Assembly: GCA_963718875.1 (NCBI GenBank)
Contig: OY970378.1
Span: 132,396-196,395 of the forward strand
Direction: 5' to 3'
Length of the DNA stretch: 64,000 bases
From: Candidatus Parcubacteria bacterium
GTDB lineage: Bacteria; Patescibacteriota; Saccharimonadia; UBA4664; JBIOIQ01
Within the stretch, counting starts at the first letter, position 1. Each line of letters starts with the position of its first letter. The translations under genes were made by a program, and so were the position numbers. The notes under the pieces are model-generated. The model ran no database searches. It worked only from the letters and a program-made list of their open reading frames with translations, and had not been told where the DNA came from. This document shows positions 18,094 to 26,842 of this stretch, one piece after another.

Positions 18094-18813
18094 ATGAAGC
18101 TTGATGTTGAATTTCAGCCAGTCCGAGTATTGTGCGTTGCTGCTCATCCCGATGACTTAGAGTTTTCAGTCGCTGGTAGTGTAGCAAAATGGACTGCGGC
18201 CGGAGCAGAAGTTTTTTACCTTGTTTGTACGGATGGGGGCAAAGGGTCGGCTGATCGTAATGCAGAAGCCGAGCAATTGGTGGAGGTGCGCCGTCAGGAA
18301 CAGCGAGCTGCTGCTAAAATTTTGGGCGTCAAGGACGTAACTTTTTTAGACTACGAAGATGGTGCTACAGACGTTACGATGGAATTAAAGCGTGATATTG
18401 CCCGCGAAATTCGTCGTCGCAAGCCCGAAGCAGTTTTTTGTTTTGATCCGACTATGGTTTATTCGGCTAAATACAATTTTATTAACCACCCTGATCATCG
18501 CGCGGTGGGTCAAGCTACCCTTGAAGCCGTTTACCCCTTGGCCCGGGATCATTTAACTTTTCCAGAGTTGCTGGGAGAAGGGTTTGAGCCGCATAAAACG
18601 CCCGTGCTTTTGATGCATAATTTTGATGATAACAACTTTGCCATTGATATTACTGAGACTTTTGCGACAAAACTGGAATCATTGGCTGCACATGTAAGTC
18701 AAATCCCAGGGATGAACCAGGCTGAAAAGCTGGTTCGAGAAATGGCAGAAGAGTGCGGTGAGAAGGTAGGAGTGTTGTTAGCTGAAGGTTTTATACGCAT
18801 AAATATCAATTAG
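18094..18813 (+). CDS. PIG-L/LmbE-family N-acetylglucosaminyl deacetylase
   Basis: VLCVAAHPDDLEF and HPDHRAVG zinc-binding motifs. Confidence 0.8.
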   Translation: MKLDVEFQPVRVLCVAAHPDDLEFSVAGSVAKWTAAGAEVFYLVCTDGGKGSADRNAEAEQLVEVRRQEQRAAAKILGVKDVTFLDYEDGATDVTMELKRDIAREIRRRKPEAVFCFDPTMVYSAKYNFINHPDHRAVGQATLEAVYPLARDHLTFPELLGEGFEPHKTPVLLMHNFDDNNFAIDITETFATKLESLAAHVSQIPGMNQAEKLVREMAEECGEKVGVLLAEGFIRININ

Positions 18814-18872
18814 ATCGTAGGCGTGGGCTCAAATAAGTAGGAATGTTTGGATAATAAGTAAAAAGGTGGTGT

Positions 18873-20301
18873 ATGAAGGTTAATCCGGAAATTTTTCGTG
18901 GTTATGATTTAAGAGGGTTGGTGGGCGATGATTTAAACCCGGAGCTGGTAGAACATATAGGCAAGGCCTTTGGAACATACTTAACTAGACGAGGGATGAA
19001 GGAGGCTGTAGTAGCCCGTGACTGTCGGGCAACTAGTCCCGAGTATAGCCAGTGTTTAATTAAGGGATTGACTGCGGTTGGTGTGGACGTTGTGGATATT
19101 GGGATGAACTTGATAGGGACTTTTTACTGGGCTCAGTATTTTTTAAACCGGCCAGCTGGAGTTTTTGTAAGCGCCTCGCATAATCCGCCGGAGTACAACG
19201 GCTTTAAGTTTGCGGATGGCCTGTCTGAAACACTTGTGAGTGATGGAATGAATGAGCTTAAGCGGATGGTACAGGAAGAAGATTATGATTTAGTTCAAGC
19301 TACTGCACCCGTCAGCCAGCAGGATATTCGTCAAGCTTATTTTGATGATGTTATCAAGCGGCTTTCCGCTTAAGCGCGGCGTGAAAGTATTGGTGGATCC
19401 AAGCTGTACTACGGCCGGTGATATTGCGCCCGATATGTTACGTCAGGCAGGGTGCGAGGTGATAGAAAAAAACACCACGGTGGACCCGTCCTTTCCGCTA
19501 GGCATTGCGGATCCTACTGAAACAAAGGTAGTGGAGAGATTAAGCCAAGAAGTACTAGATGCAGGTGCAGAGGTTGGACTTACCTATGACGCCGACGGTG
19601 ACAGGATTGGGATTGTAGACGAAAAAGGTGGGATTATTTGGAATGATGTACTGGTGGCGCTTTTTGCCATTGATGTGTTACGTGATCACCCGGGTGCGAC
19701 AATAATGTATAACACTTTGTGCTCAAAGGTGGTAGCAGAAACTATTTTAAAGCATGGCGGCAAACCATTTATGTGGCGAACTGGTCATTCGTTTTTAAAG
19801 AAAAAGAACCAGTATATAAAAGCCGCATTTATTGGTGAACTGTCAGGCCATTTCTTTTTTTCGGCTGATTTTCACAACCATGATGATGGTTTGTATTCGA
19901 CAATGCGTTTATTAAGATTGTTGTCTTCCATAGACAAAACGCTATCAGAGTTAGTAGCTGAATTGCCCCAGTATATTTCTAGCCCAGAAATTAAGTTGTC
20001 ATGTGATGATGATAAAAAAGTCGAGTTGGTAAAGAAACTTAGCCCCTTACTCAAGCGCGATTATCCAGATGCGGAGGTGATTGATGATGCCAGGGCAGGC
20101 GACGGCATTCGCCTTGACTTGCCTGAAGCCATGTTTGTGGTGCGATATTCGCAAAATGGACCTTATCTTACAATAAAGTTTGAGGCTAAAACTCAGCCAA
20201 AGTACGATGAATTAAAGAACTATATTGCAAATTTGTTGCGGCAGTTTCCGGAAGTTGATTGGAAATCTAAGATTGCAACGAACGTTGAAGCTTTAGCTTA
20301 A
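18873..20301 (+). pseudogene. phosphoglucomutase/phosphomannomutase split by a frameshift near 19340-19380
   Basis: ORF 18873-19373 carries the SASHNPPEYNGFKF active site. ORF 19342-20301 in another frame carries the remaining domains. 166+319 aa equals the normal length. The frame change lies between DDVIKR and LKRGVKVLVDPS. Confidence 0.6.
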
Positions 20302-20446
20302 GGCTTGCGTAAGCGAACATCCAAATAATTGATGGAGCCGAGCGTAATGAATTACTAACTTGATAAAAGGTTAAGCGCTATTGACGTTTTATTGACAAGG
20401 CATTATTTTTTAGACACACCAGACCTTGACGAAAGTGAGGATCGAG

Positions 20447-20593
20447 ATGTTTTCGAAGTTGCTCCTGCCTTTGTTGACCGTAACCGGAAGCGTGGGGGTG
20501 CCGGCTGGCATCCTGTGGCTCTTGCACTCTATCGAGGGGCGTATTGCTCGCCCTCTGAACGCAGAAGTTAGCTACCCGAGGACACGGAGGTAG
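20447..20593 (+). CDS. small hydrophobic peptide (48 aa), candidate
   Basis: ATG preceded by AAGTGAGGA RBS. Not in the ORF track (<60 aa). GC-rich. Confidence 0.3.
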   Translation: MFSKLLLPLLTVTGSVGVPAGILWLLHSIEGRIARPLNAEVSYPRTRR

Positions 20594-20595
20594 AA

Positions 20596-20703
20596 GTGCT
20601 GGCGCATTTAATTTTAGTAGGGTTAGTGTTGATAGGTACCGGTGTGACAATCTGGCGTATATGCCAGGTATTTGGCGGCTACAGTGCAGGTGCCAACTGG
20701 TAA
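20596..20703 (+). CDS. small membrane peptide (35 aa), candidate, translationally coupled
   Basis: GTG start 2 nt after the upstream stop, with a GGAGGTAGAA RBS overlapping that stop. Single predicted TM helix. Confidence 0.3.
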   Translation: MLAHLILVGLVLIGTGVTIWRICQVFGGYSAGANW

Positions 20704-20843
20704 CAACCTGTACCGGGCAGTTGATTTTGTTAAATCCATGAAAAAGAGGTGGCGGAGGCAAGGACGACCTTCGCCGGTCTTTAAAAAAGAGGCTTGCCTT
20801 AGTTAGTAGCTAGAGCGGGCTTTTTGCTTTTATGAACCAGGTC

Positions 20844-20872
20844 TTGACAGGTAAGGAAGTTATTTATAGGAT
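20844..20872 (+). promoter_or_regulatory. sigma-70-like promoter of groESL (TTGACA -35)
   Basis: TTGACA at 20844-20849, 17-nt spacer, TAGGAT. Immediately upstream of CIRCE. Confidence 0.5.
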
Positions 20873-20880
20873 GGTAGTAG

Positions 20881-20907
20881 TTAGCACTCGGCAATCGCGA
20901 GTGCTAA
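20881..20907 (+). promoter_or_regulatory. CIRCE operator (HrcA binding site) TTAGCACTC-N9-GAGTGCTAA
   Basis: Perfect match to the CIRCE consensus inverted repeat about 105 nt upstream of groES. Confidence 0.9.
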
Positions 20908-21014
20908 ATGATAGGTGAAAAGCATAAGAATAAAGAGGTATTGTAGTTCGCCGTAGCACGCAAGCAGAAGTTACGGTAAGGGGGAATCTGCAATATTCTA
21001 ATGGAGGATTAAAT

Positions 21015-21278
21015 ATGAAGCTACAACCATTGGCTGATAGAGTGGTAGCCAAAGCAGTCGAGGCAGAGACTAAAACATCCTCGGGATTTTACTTAACAGA
21101 TAGCGCCAAAGAAAAGCCACAGATGGGTGAAGTTTTGGCCGTTGGTAAAGAAGTTAAGGAAGTCTTGGTAGGTGACAAAATTATTTATACCAAGTATGGC
21201 CCCAATGAAATAAAAGTTGATGGCCAAGATATGTTGTTGCTAAAGGAAGAAGACATATTAGCAGTTGTTAGGGACTAA
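21015..21278 (+). CDS. groES: co-chaperonin GroES
   Basis: 87 aa. Cpn10 pattern MKLQPLADRVV...GDKIIYTKYG. Confidence 0.95.
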   Translation: MKLQPLADRVVAKAVEAETKTSSGFYLTDSAKEKPQMGEVLAVGKEVKEVLVGDKIIYTKYGPNEIKVDGQDMLLLKEEDILAVVRD

Positions 21279-21371
21279 ACCAATTTACATTTTGGCAAGT
21301 TTCAATTTTCATTTGATGCTGCTAGAACTTGGAAATTAAAAATAATACTTAAATGACTGAGAGGAATCTAG

Positions 21372-23051
21372 ATGGCTAAAAAAATATTTTACGATGACGA
21401 AGCGCGTACTCGCGTTTTGGCCGGTGCTAAGGAGCTTTACGACGCTGTAAAAGTTACAATGGGGCCTAAAGGACGAAATGTTGTAATTAGTAAAAGCTAT
21501 GGCGGGCCGACCGTAACTCATGATGGTGTAACTGTTGCGAAAGCTGTCGAAATTGATGAAAACAGCAAGGACGCATCAAGCTTGGGTAAGGGCATTGGGG
21601 CGGAGTTGGTAAAACAAGCAGCCAGCAAAACCAATGATGTGGTTGGAGATGGTACGACCACCGCTACAATCTTGACTTACCAAATTTTGGCTGAGGCAAA
21701 TCGCTTAATTGCGGCCGGGCACAACCCAATGGACTTGAAAAAGGGTCTTGATAAGGCATCTACGGATATTTTGTCGCGAATTAATAGCATGGCCGAAAAA
21801 ATTTCTGGGAACAAAGAAAAGATTGCCCAGGTTGCAACTGTGTCAGCTGGTGATCCGGAAATAGGTGAGTTAATTGCCGACGTTATTGAGGCTGTTGGTG
21901 ATGAGGGTTCGGTGACTGTGGAGCAATCTCAAACCACTGGGCTAGAAAAAGAAGTTGTCGAAGGTTTTAAAATTGACCGTGGTTACGTGAGCCCTTACAT
22001 GGTAACTGACGCGACTCGTATGGAGGCAGCTTACGAAAAACCATTAATCTTAGTAACCGACAAGAAAATTAGCTCCATTCAAGAGATTCTGCCATTACTT
22101 GAAAAGCTTGCTCAAAGCGGCAAAAAAGAACTTATCATAATTGCCGAAGATGTTGATGGTGACGCATTGCCGAATTTGGTGTTAAACCGACTTAAAGGCG
22201 TGTTTAATACCCTGGCTATTAAGGCGCCAAGTTTTGGTGACCGGCGCAAGGCTATTATGGAAGACATTGCAGTGCTAACAGGGGCTACGGTGATTTCCGA
22301 AGACCAAGGTTTGACCTTTGAAAACGCCGGCTTGGAAGTGTTAGGAAGCGCCCGCAAAATTATTGCTACTAAAGACGATACAACTCTCATTGAAGGCTAT
22401 GGAGACGAGGGTGAAATTAAGGCCCGCATTGAGCAAATTAAGGCTCAGGCTGAGAATGCCACTAGCGAATTTGAGAAAGAAAAGTTGGAAGAACGCTTGG
22501 CAGCTCTTGCTGGCAAAGTAGCGGTCATAAAAGTGGGTGGGGCAACTGAAACTGAGATTGAGGAGAAGAAGTTTCGCGTAGATGATGCTGTGGCGGCTAC
22601 TAAAGCGGCTGTGGCTGAAGGTATTGTTCCTGGCGGCGGCGTTACACTTGTGGACTTGTCTAAAACCATAAGCTTAGCCGATGCTCGGGTAACCGATAGT
22701 CACGCGGCCGGAGCGATGATACTGAAACAAGCCTTGCTGGCTCCTTTTCGACAGCTAATGGTGAACTCTGGTCTTAATGCTGAAGAAAAACTTGCTCAGG
22801 TGCTAAAGAGCAATTCGTTGGGGATGGGCTTTAATGTCAATGAAGCTGAGGAGTTGATTAATCTTAAGACCCAAGGGATTGTTGACCCCGCTAAAGTTAC
22901 CCGCGAAGCTATCGTCAATGCTGTTTCGATCGCTGGAACGGCCATGACCATGGGAGCGCTGGTGGTTGATCTCCCCGAAGAGAAGTCGGCCATGGGCGGC
23001 GGTGGTGGCGGGATGGGTGGTATGGGCGGCGGAATGGGCATGGACTACTAG
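21372..23051 (+). CDS. groEL: chaperonin GroEL
   Basis: 559 aa. Cpn60 with GDGTTTATIL and C-terminal GGM repeats. Confidence 0.97.
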   Translation: MAKKIFYDDEARTRVLAGAKELYDAVKVTMGPKGRNVVISKSYGGPTVTHDGVTVAKAVEIDENSKDASSLGKGIGAELVKQAASKTNDVVGDGTTTATILTYQILAEANRLIAAGHNPMDLKKGLDKASTDILSRINSMAEKISGNKEKIAQVATVSAGDPEIGELIADVIEAVGDEGSVTVEQSQTTGLEKEVVEGFKIDRGYVSPYMVTDATRMEAAYEKPLILVTDKKISSIQEILPLLEKLAQSGKKELIIIAEDVDGDALPNLVLNRLKGVFNTLAIKAPSFGDRRKAIMEDIAVLTGATVISEDQGLTFENAGLEVLGSARKIIATKDDTTLIEGYGDEGEIKARIEQIKAQAENATSEFEKEKLEERLAALAGKVAVIKVGGATETEIEEKKFRVDDAVAATKAAVAEGIVPGGGVTLVDLSKTISLADARVTDSHAAGAMILKQALLAPFRQLMVNSGLNAEEKLAQVLKSNSLGMGFNVNEAEELINLKTQGIVDPAKVTREAIVNAVSIAGTAMTMGALVVDLPEEKSAMGGGGGGMGGMGGGMGMDY

Positions 23052-23089
23052 ATTCGGGCCGGTCTTTTGGTGCATTACTGCGTTGAGGC

Positions 23090-23290
23090 TTGCGATGCTC
23101 GCTCAACGTACCATTAAGTACGTCTCGCTGTGCTTCTCGCCTCGCCTAGTACTGCATCCAAAATACCAACCCTTGGGGGATTGGATGACTGTGCGAAGTT
23201 TTGCCGTAGGTTTAGATACGGCTCACTCCGGCCTTCAATATCTCCTTGTACTGCATCAAAGTACACCTTTCTTGAAGCTTGCCGTACCAT
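23090..23290. repeat. post-gene repeat R1 (CAACGTACC-ATTAA-GTACGTCTC and GTACTGCATCCAA palindromic modules)
   Basis: Diverged copy of the segment found after rpoD (49480-49600). Confidence 0.5.
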
Positions 23291-23338
23291 TTATTGCCTG
23301 AGCCTGTCGAAGGCCCTTCGACTATGCTCAGGGAGTAA
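23291..23338. repeat. family-2 palindromic element (ATTGCCTGAGC-CTGTCGAAGGCC-CTTCGAC-TATG-CTCAGG)
   Basis: Full palindrome. Half-copies at 36884-36910, 37027-37054, 53104-53131, 55067-55145. Confidence 0.55.
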
Positions 23339-23443
23339 TCGCAAAACACAAAAAGAGGCCACTCGTGGCCTCTTTTTGTGTGCTGATCATAAAGTTGTGA
23401 TGGAGGGCCGCCTGAGTGGCGGCCCTCCATGCGTGGGCGTGGT

Positions 23444-23896
23444 CTAGGCGCAGTGATCGCCGCCTTTAGAAATGGGGTCCGAGACTCCGGATTTGACGAG
23501 GATGAACGGCTGGTTGGCTGCCCGAGCCTCAGCTGTTTCTAACCCGCGAGGGCCGGATCGAGTTTTTTCGTACTCGAGACAGTGTTGGCTGGGGGCGAAG
23601 CGGCTTGGACATCTAGTCGGATCCATGACCGCATCGTTGTCGTCGTTGGCAGCGTTCCACTCACCCAGTGTCATGAGTGGCGCGCCACAGGTCGAGCATC
23701 TCTCGAGCATGGCTACCTTGCCACCCCGTCCGAGAATCGCTCGTTGAGCTTCATTCTCCGAGACAACATGTTCGTCTCCCGAGACAGTGTCTGTCATGAT
23801 CCCTTCTTCCCGCTGACTGGTCAGCTTGGTGGGGGAGCCGATGCTCCCGGTGGTTTGCAGGAGGGGTCGCCGTTGGGCATAACCTTCCTGAGACAT
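23444..23896 (-). CDS. hypothetical protein with CxxC pair (GC-rich islet)
   Basis: 150-aa ORF. Overlapping alternative frames exist (24006 MATQ... ORF with AGGAGA RBS and its own CxxC). Gene model uncertain. Confidence 0.3.
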   Translation of the reverse strand: MSQEGYAQRRPLLQTTGSIGSPTKLTSQREEGIMTDTVSGDEHVVSENEAQRAILGRGGKVAMLERCSTCGAPLMTLGEWNAANDDNDAVMDPTRCPSRFAPSQHCLEYEKTRSGPRGLETAEARAANQPFILVKSGVSDPISKGGDHCA

Positions 23897-24013
23897 CGTG
23901 GCTTACCTGGCTTAGCGGCAAGCATAAAACCGAGACCGCTGTCCGCTACAACGAGTTCTCGGCCGCAGTTTGCACACAACCCTTTGTTGGGTACTTGGGT
24001 AGCCATCACTCTC

Positions 24014-24238
24014 CTAGCTGGCCGGTCCGTATGGCCGGCCGGCGTCGTGGTAGCAGTCGAGGTGGTAGTGCTCGACGCGTTCCCAAACACCGTCGTTATA
24101 GACGTTGCAGATGACCTGCTGGAGCTTGGACTTGGCCCGGAACTTAACCGGGAGCCGGCAGATGGCGCAGGTGGCCGTGTTTCCGGCTTCGATCAGGCGC
24201 GTTACTGCGCGGCTAGTGAAGATTGACTGTACTGCCAT
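24014..24238 (-). CDS. small Cys/His-containing hypothetical protein (74 aa)
   Basis: GGGAGG RBS 5 nt upstream of ATG. CAICRL...HLDCYH suggests a small zinc-binding fold. Confidence 0.4.
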   Translation of the reverse strand: MAVQSIFTSRAVTRLIEAGNTATCAICRLPVKFRAKSKLQQVICNVYNDGVWERVEHYHLDCYHDAGRPYGPAS

Positions 24239-24486
24239 GTATCCTCCCGCTCGGACGTTGGGTGAGCCCAGGATACACTAATTTGACAAAAAAACCAAGT
24301 ACATAGGGGCAAGTACGATACCTGTCGTTTCCGTTTCATTGACAAGAAATTGAATAGCTGATAGGGTTCATATCCAGATTGAATTTAGAAGTCATTAGTT
24401 ATGCTTTAGGTTCCTCAGTGACTCCCTGCCATTCAGAAAGGTGATCCGGTTGCAAGGGAGCCACTGAGGCTTCGAAAAACAAACAC

Positions 24487-25086
24487 ATGAAAAGAGGACA
24501 AGTGAGAATCCGATACGCTCTGATGTCTGTTGCTTTGGTTGTTGCGGCTCTTGCCGTCCAGGCGTCTCCGGCTACGGCTGACACGCTCTGTAACGGTGCT
24601 TCTGTCGTCGCTCGCGTGGGGACGGTTGTGGTACCTGCTGGCGCCAAGTGCGTCTTGGGGGCTTCAGACAAGCCGACCTACATCACTGTGGCTCCCGGCG
24701 GCACTCTGGCTATGCAAGGAACCCACGCCACGCAAGTGGTATCGCGGGGTGCGACGACAATCGCCAACTCCATCGTTTCCGGCACTGTGGTACTAAGTGG
24801 TATTTCCAACGAATCCAGTCGCATTTGCGGCACAATCATTGGCGGTTACTTGGTGGTGAGTAACAACTCATCACCTGTGGATGTGGCCCCAACCGAATCG
24901 GACGAGTGTCCGATAAGCAACTTTGTGGCCGGCGGAGTATTCGTGTCGGGTAACCGAGGGCCGACCTTCTTCAATGCCCTGTCGATCTTTGGGCCCATCT
25001 ATTGTTGGGGTAACAATCCAGCGCCGGTAGTGTGGGCTGCAACTACTCTCCCGCCTCACCAGTTCTACTGGCAGTGTGCCCGGTAG
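24487..25086 (+). CDS. secreted hypothetical protein (signal peptide, Gly/Thr/Val-rich beta-type)
   Basis: N-terminal MSVALVVAALAVQASPATA signal. 199 aa. Followed by a strong terminator. Confidence 0.6.
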   Translation: MKRGQVRIRYALMSVALVVAALAVQASPATADTLCNGASVVARVGTVVVPAGAKCVLGASDKPTYITVAPGGTLAMQGTHATQVVSRGATTIANSIVSGTVVLSGISNESSRICGTIIGGYLVVSNNSSPVDVAPTESDECPISNFVAGGVFVSGNRGPTFFNALSIFGPIYCWGNNPAPVVWAATTLPPHQFYWQCAR

Positions 25087-25105
25087 CACAACGATTTGAT
25101 TGCTG

Positions 25106-25154
25106 CCCGCGTGGAGCCTCCCTTTAAACGGTGGCTCCACGCGGGAGTTTTTTT
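25106..25154 (+). terminator. rho-independent terminator (13-bp stem CCCGCGTGGAGCC plus T9)
   Basis: CCCGCGTGGAGCC...GGCTCCACGCGGG followed by AGTTTTTTT. Confidence 0.8.
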
Positions 25155-25175
25155 AAAGAGGATTTAACCCGAGGG

Positions 25176-25204
25176 TTGACACTCGAACCTAGTAGGCATA
25201 ATAT
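25176..25204 (+). promoter_or_regulatory. strong sigma-70 promoter (TTGACA-17-TAATAT)
   Basis: Consensus -35, 17-nt spacer, near-consensus -10. No ORF with RBS follows. Confidence 0.6.
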
Positions 25205-25210
25205 CAAAAT

Positions 25211-25820
25211 ATCAGTTTTGCTTATGCTAAGCTGCGAGGTTAGAAAGTTTTTTAGCCGTTATTAACAGACAAGAGAGCAATTGTGTGGGCGGGTTATGAG
25301 CTTTAGAGAGCAGCTAAGGTTTATAACCCGTCCACAAGAAACATCGGACGCGGTAGCGGCAGGTCTTCTGCCGCCTCGATCGCCTCCAATACCGGCAGCC
25401 GGAGCCAACTTCTCGTCCAGCGTTGTGCGAGAAGTTGGCGTTCGGTTTCCCTAGGAGGCGCCAGTTCCGACCAATAGCGGCGGAGAAAGAAGGAGGAGCG
25501 CTGACACAGATCAGCTCTGCAGCAACGTTACTCCTGGTTGCGGCGCTGTGCCGTAGCCTGGGGAGCCTACAGCTCGCAGATACCCTCCCGGTCGGCTCAC
25601 AAGCTCACTTCGCTATCGATCACCGGCGTCGGAGGTCATGGCGACGAGTCAGACTCCGCACTGGAGTCCCGTCGAGCGACAAGGGTGGGTAATCGCCATC
25701 AACAGCGGTGGCCCGCAGCGCCTGAGCGGGCCGTTAGTCTGCCCCCTCAACGCTCGCGGGCCACCGCACTAGTTCTCTCGAACTCTGTTTCGCCCCCTTT
25801 ATGGGGGCGCTTTGTTTTTA
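25211..25820 (+). ncRNA. candidate ~600-nt structured ncRNA (promoter to terminator, GC-rich, many nested hairpins)
   Basis: Begins after the promoter at 25176. Contains long hairpins (TGTGGGCGGGTTAT...ATAACCCGTCCACA, CCAACTTCTCG...CGAGAAGTTGG and others). Ends at hairpin GCCCCCTTT-ATGGGGGC plus T-run (25792-25820). Only RBS-less high-GC ORFs overlap. Confidence 0.35.
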
Positions 25821-25841
25821 TTGGGTACGAAAGCAAAAAGG

Positions 25842-25871
25842 TTGACAAGAATGTTGGGCATCATTTAATAT
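25842..25871 (+). promoter_or_regulatory. sigma-70-like promoter (TTGACA-17-TTAATA)
   Basis: Directly after the previous terminator, upstream of the 25978 ORF. Confidence 0.45.
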
Positions 25872-25977
25872 CAGTGCATCGGTTATTAGTTGTTATGCTA
25901 ATACTGTGAGGCGTGGTTAAGAGCAATTTTGGCCAGCCAAATATTGACAAAGCAATAAGAGCAAAAACACCTGGATT

Positions 25978-26262
25978 GTGGAAGGGCTCAAGTTTTCATT
26001 TATTGAAGATTTTAGCTCTTCCGCAATGCCCGGCGGGAGCGGTTTCGGTCGCATTTCGATCGGATCAGCTACTAGGGCGGTCACGTCAACCATCAGAAAC
26101 GAGGACAGCGTGTTCAAGCGAGTCACCCACAACGAGCCGGCCTTCGAGTTCGACCCCGTGGCGACCTTCTTCGACCCCCACGGCGGCGCCGGCGGGATCA
26201 ACAGGGCCATGGCCGGGATGGCCAACAGCGCGACCAACGCCTTCACCGCGCACTCGGGCTAG
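25978..26262 (+). CDS. small Gly/Ala/Ser-rich hypothetical protein (94 aa, GTG start)
   Basis: ORF followed by long hairpin GGCCAGTGTGCCGCCG...CGGCGGCACACTGGCC. Weak RBS, so model uncertain. Confidence 0.3.
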   Translation: MEGLKFSFIEDFSSSAMPGGSGFGRISIGSATRAVTSTIRNEDSVFKRVTHNEPAFEFDPVATFFDPHGGAGGINRAMAGMANSATNAFTAHSG

Positions 26263-26669
26263 CAGCCCCCGGCCAGTGTGCCGCCGCCGACGAGAATACG
26301 GCGGCACACTGGCCTTGAGATCTCAAGATCGCCTGGACGGGCGGCGCCTGAACCGGCTCCGTAGGCGAGAACGGAGCCGGTTCACGGCTTGCCACTCGCT
26401 GCAAAGTGTCGACGTCAACCAAGGAGGTCTATCGGGTAGCGATACCTGACTCCGTTTCAACACCCACCGTCATCTATCGAAGGGAACGCCTCGTGCGGGA
26501 TCCGCCCTAGAAGATGGACCTCGATGGAAGCACCTCGCCGAGGTCGCAGTTACTACAACCTGCTTTGCCGTGAAGGTGAATGCCATGGGGCAGGGAACGT
26601 CCGCGCGAGCAGTGCCACCAGGCCCTCGCGCGGACGTTCTTCACAGCTCTTATTGCCGAGTCCATCGCG

Positions 26670-26698
26670 GACCTCCTTCGGGAGGTTCTTTTCTTTTT
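26670..26698 (+). terminator. rho-independent terminator (GACCTCC-TTCG-GGAGGTT plus T-run)
   Basis: Closes the GC-rich islet just before the REP element and the pgi-like gene. Confidence 0.5.
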
Positions 26699-26767
26699 AT
26701 ATGGGGCCTAATGCCGAATGCAAGTTTGGCGCTGGGATCACTAACTGGTAGCATTCCGGCTTAGTTT

Positions 26768-26798
26768 AAGAGATCCTGAAACAAGTTCAGGATGACAC
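26768..26798 (+). repeat. REP/RPE-like element (family 1, minimal form AAGAGATCCTGAAAC-AAG-TTCAGGATGACA)
   Basis: Perfect 8-bp hairpin flanked by AGATCC and GGATGACA terminal motifs. Confidence 0.65.
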
Positions 26799-26842
26799 TT
26801 AAAATTTATGAGATAATAAACTTTAAGAAACGGAGCTTTTTT

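Noticed and set aside
22112-23075. Several minus-strand ORFs antisense to groEL
   Set aside because: They lie inside a highly conserved CDS. The repetitive Gly/Met codons create antisense ORFs.
23821-24090. 89-aa minus-strand ORF overlapping 23444-23896
   Set aside because: The N-terminal part is low-complexity Thr/Ser/Ala. An internal start (MATQVPNKGLCANCG..., AGGAGA RBS at about 24006) may be a real small zinc-ribbon protein, but it overlaps the 150-aa ORF in another frame and I could not resolve which is translated.
25423-25909. 89-aa and 123-aa plus-strand ORFs inside the candidate ncRNA
   Set aside because: No RBS and Arg/Ala/Ser-rich low-complexity translations. The hairpin density favours RNA.
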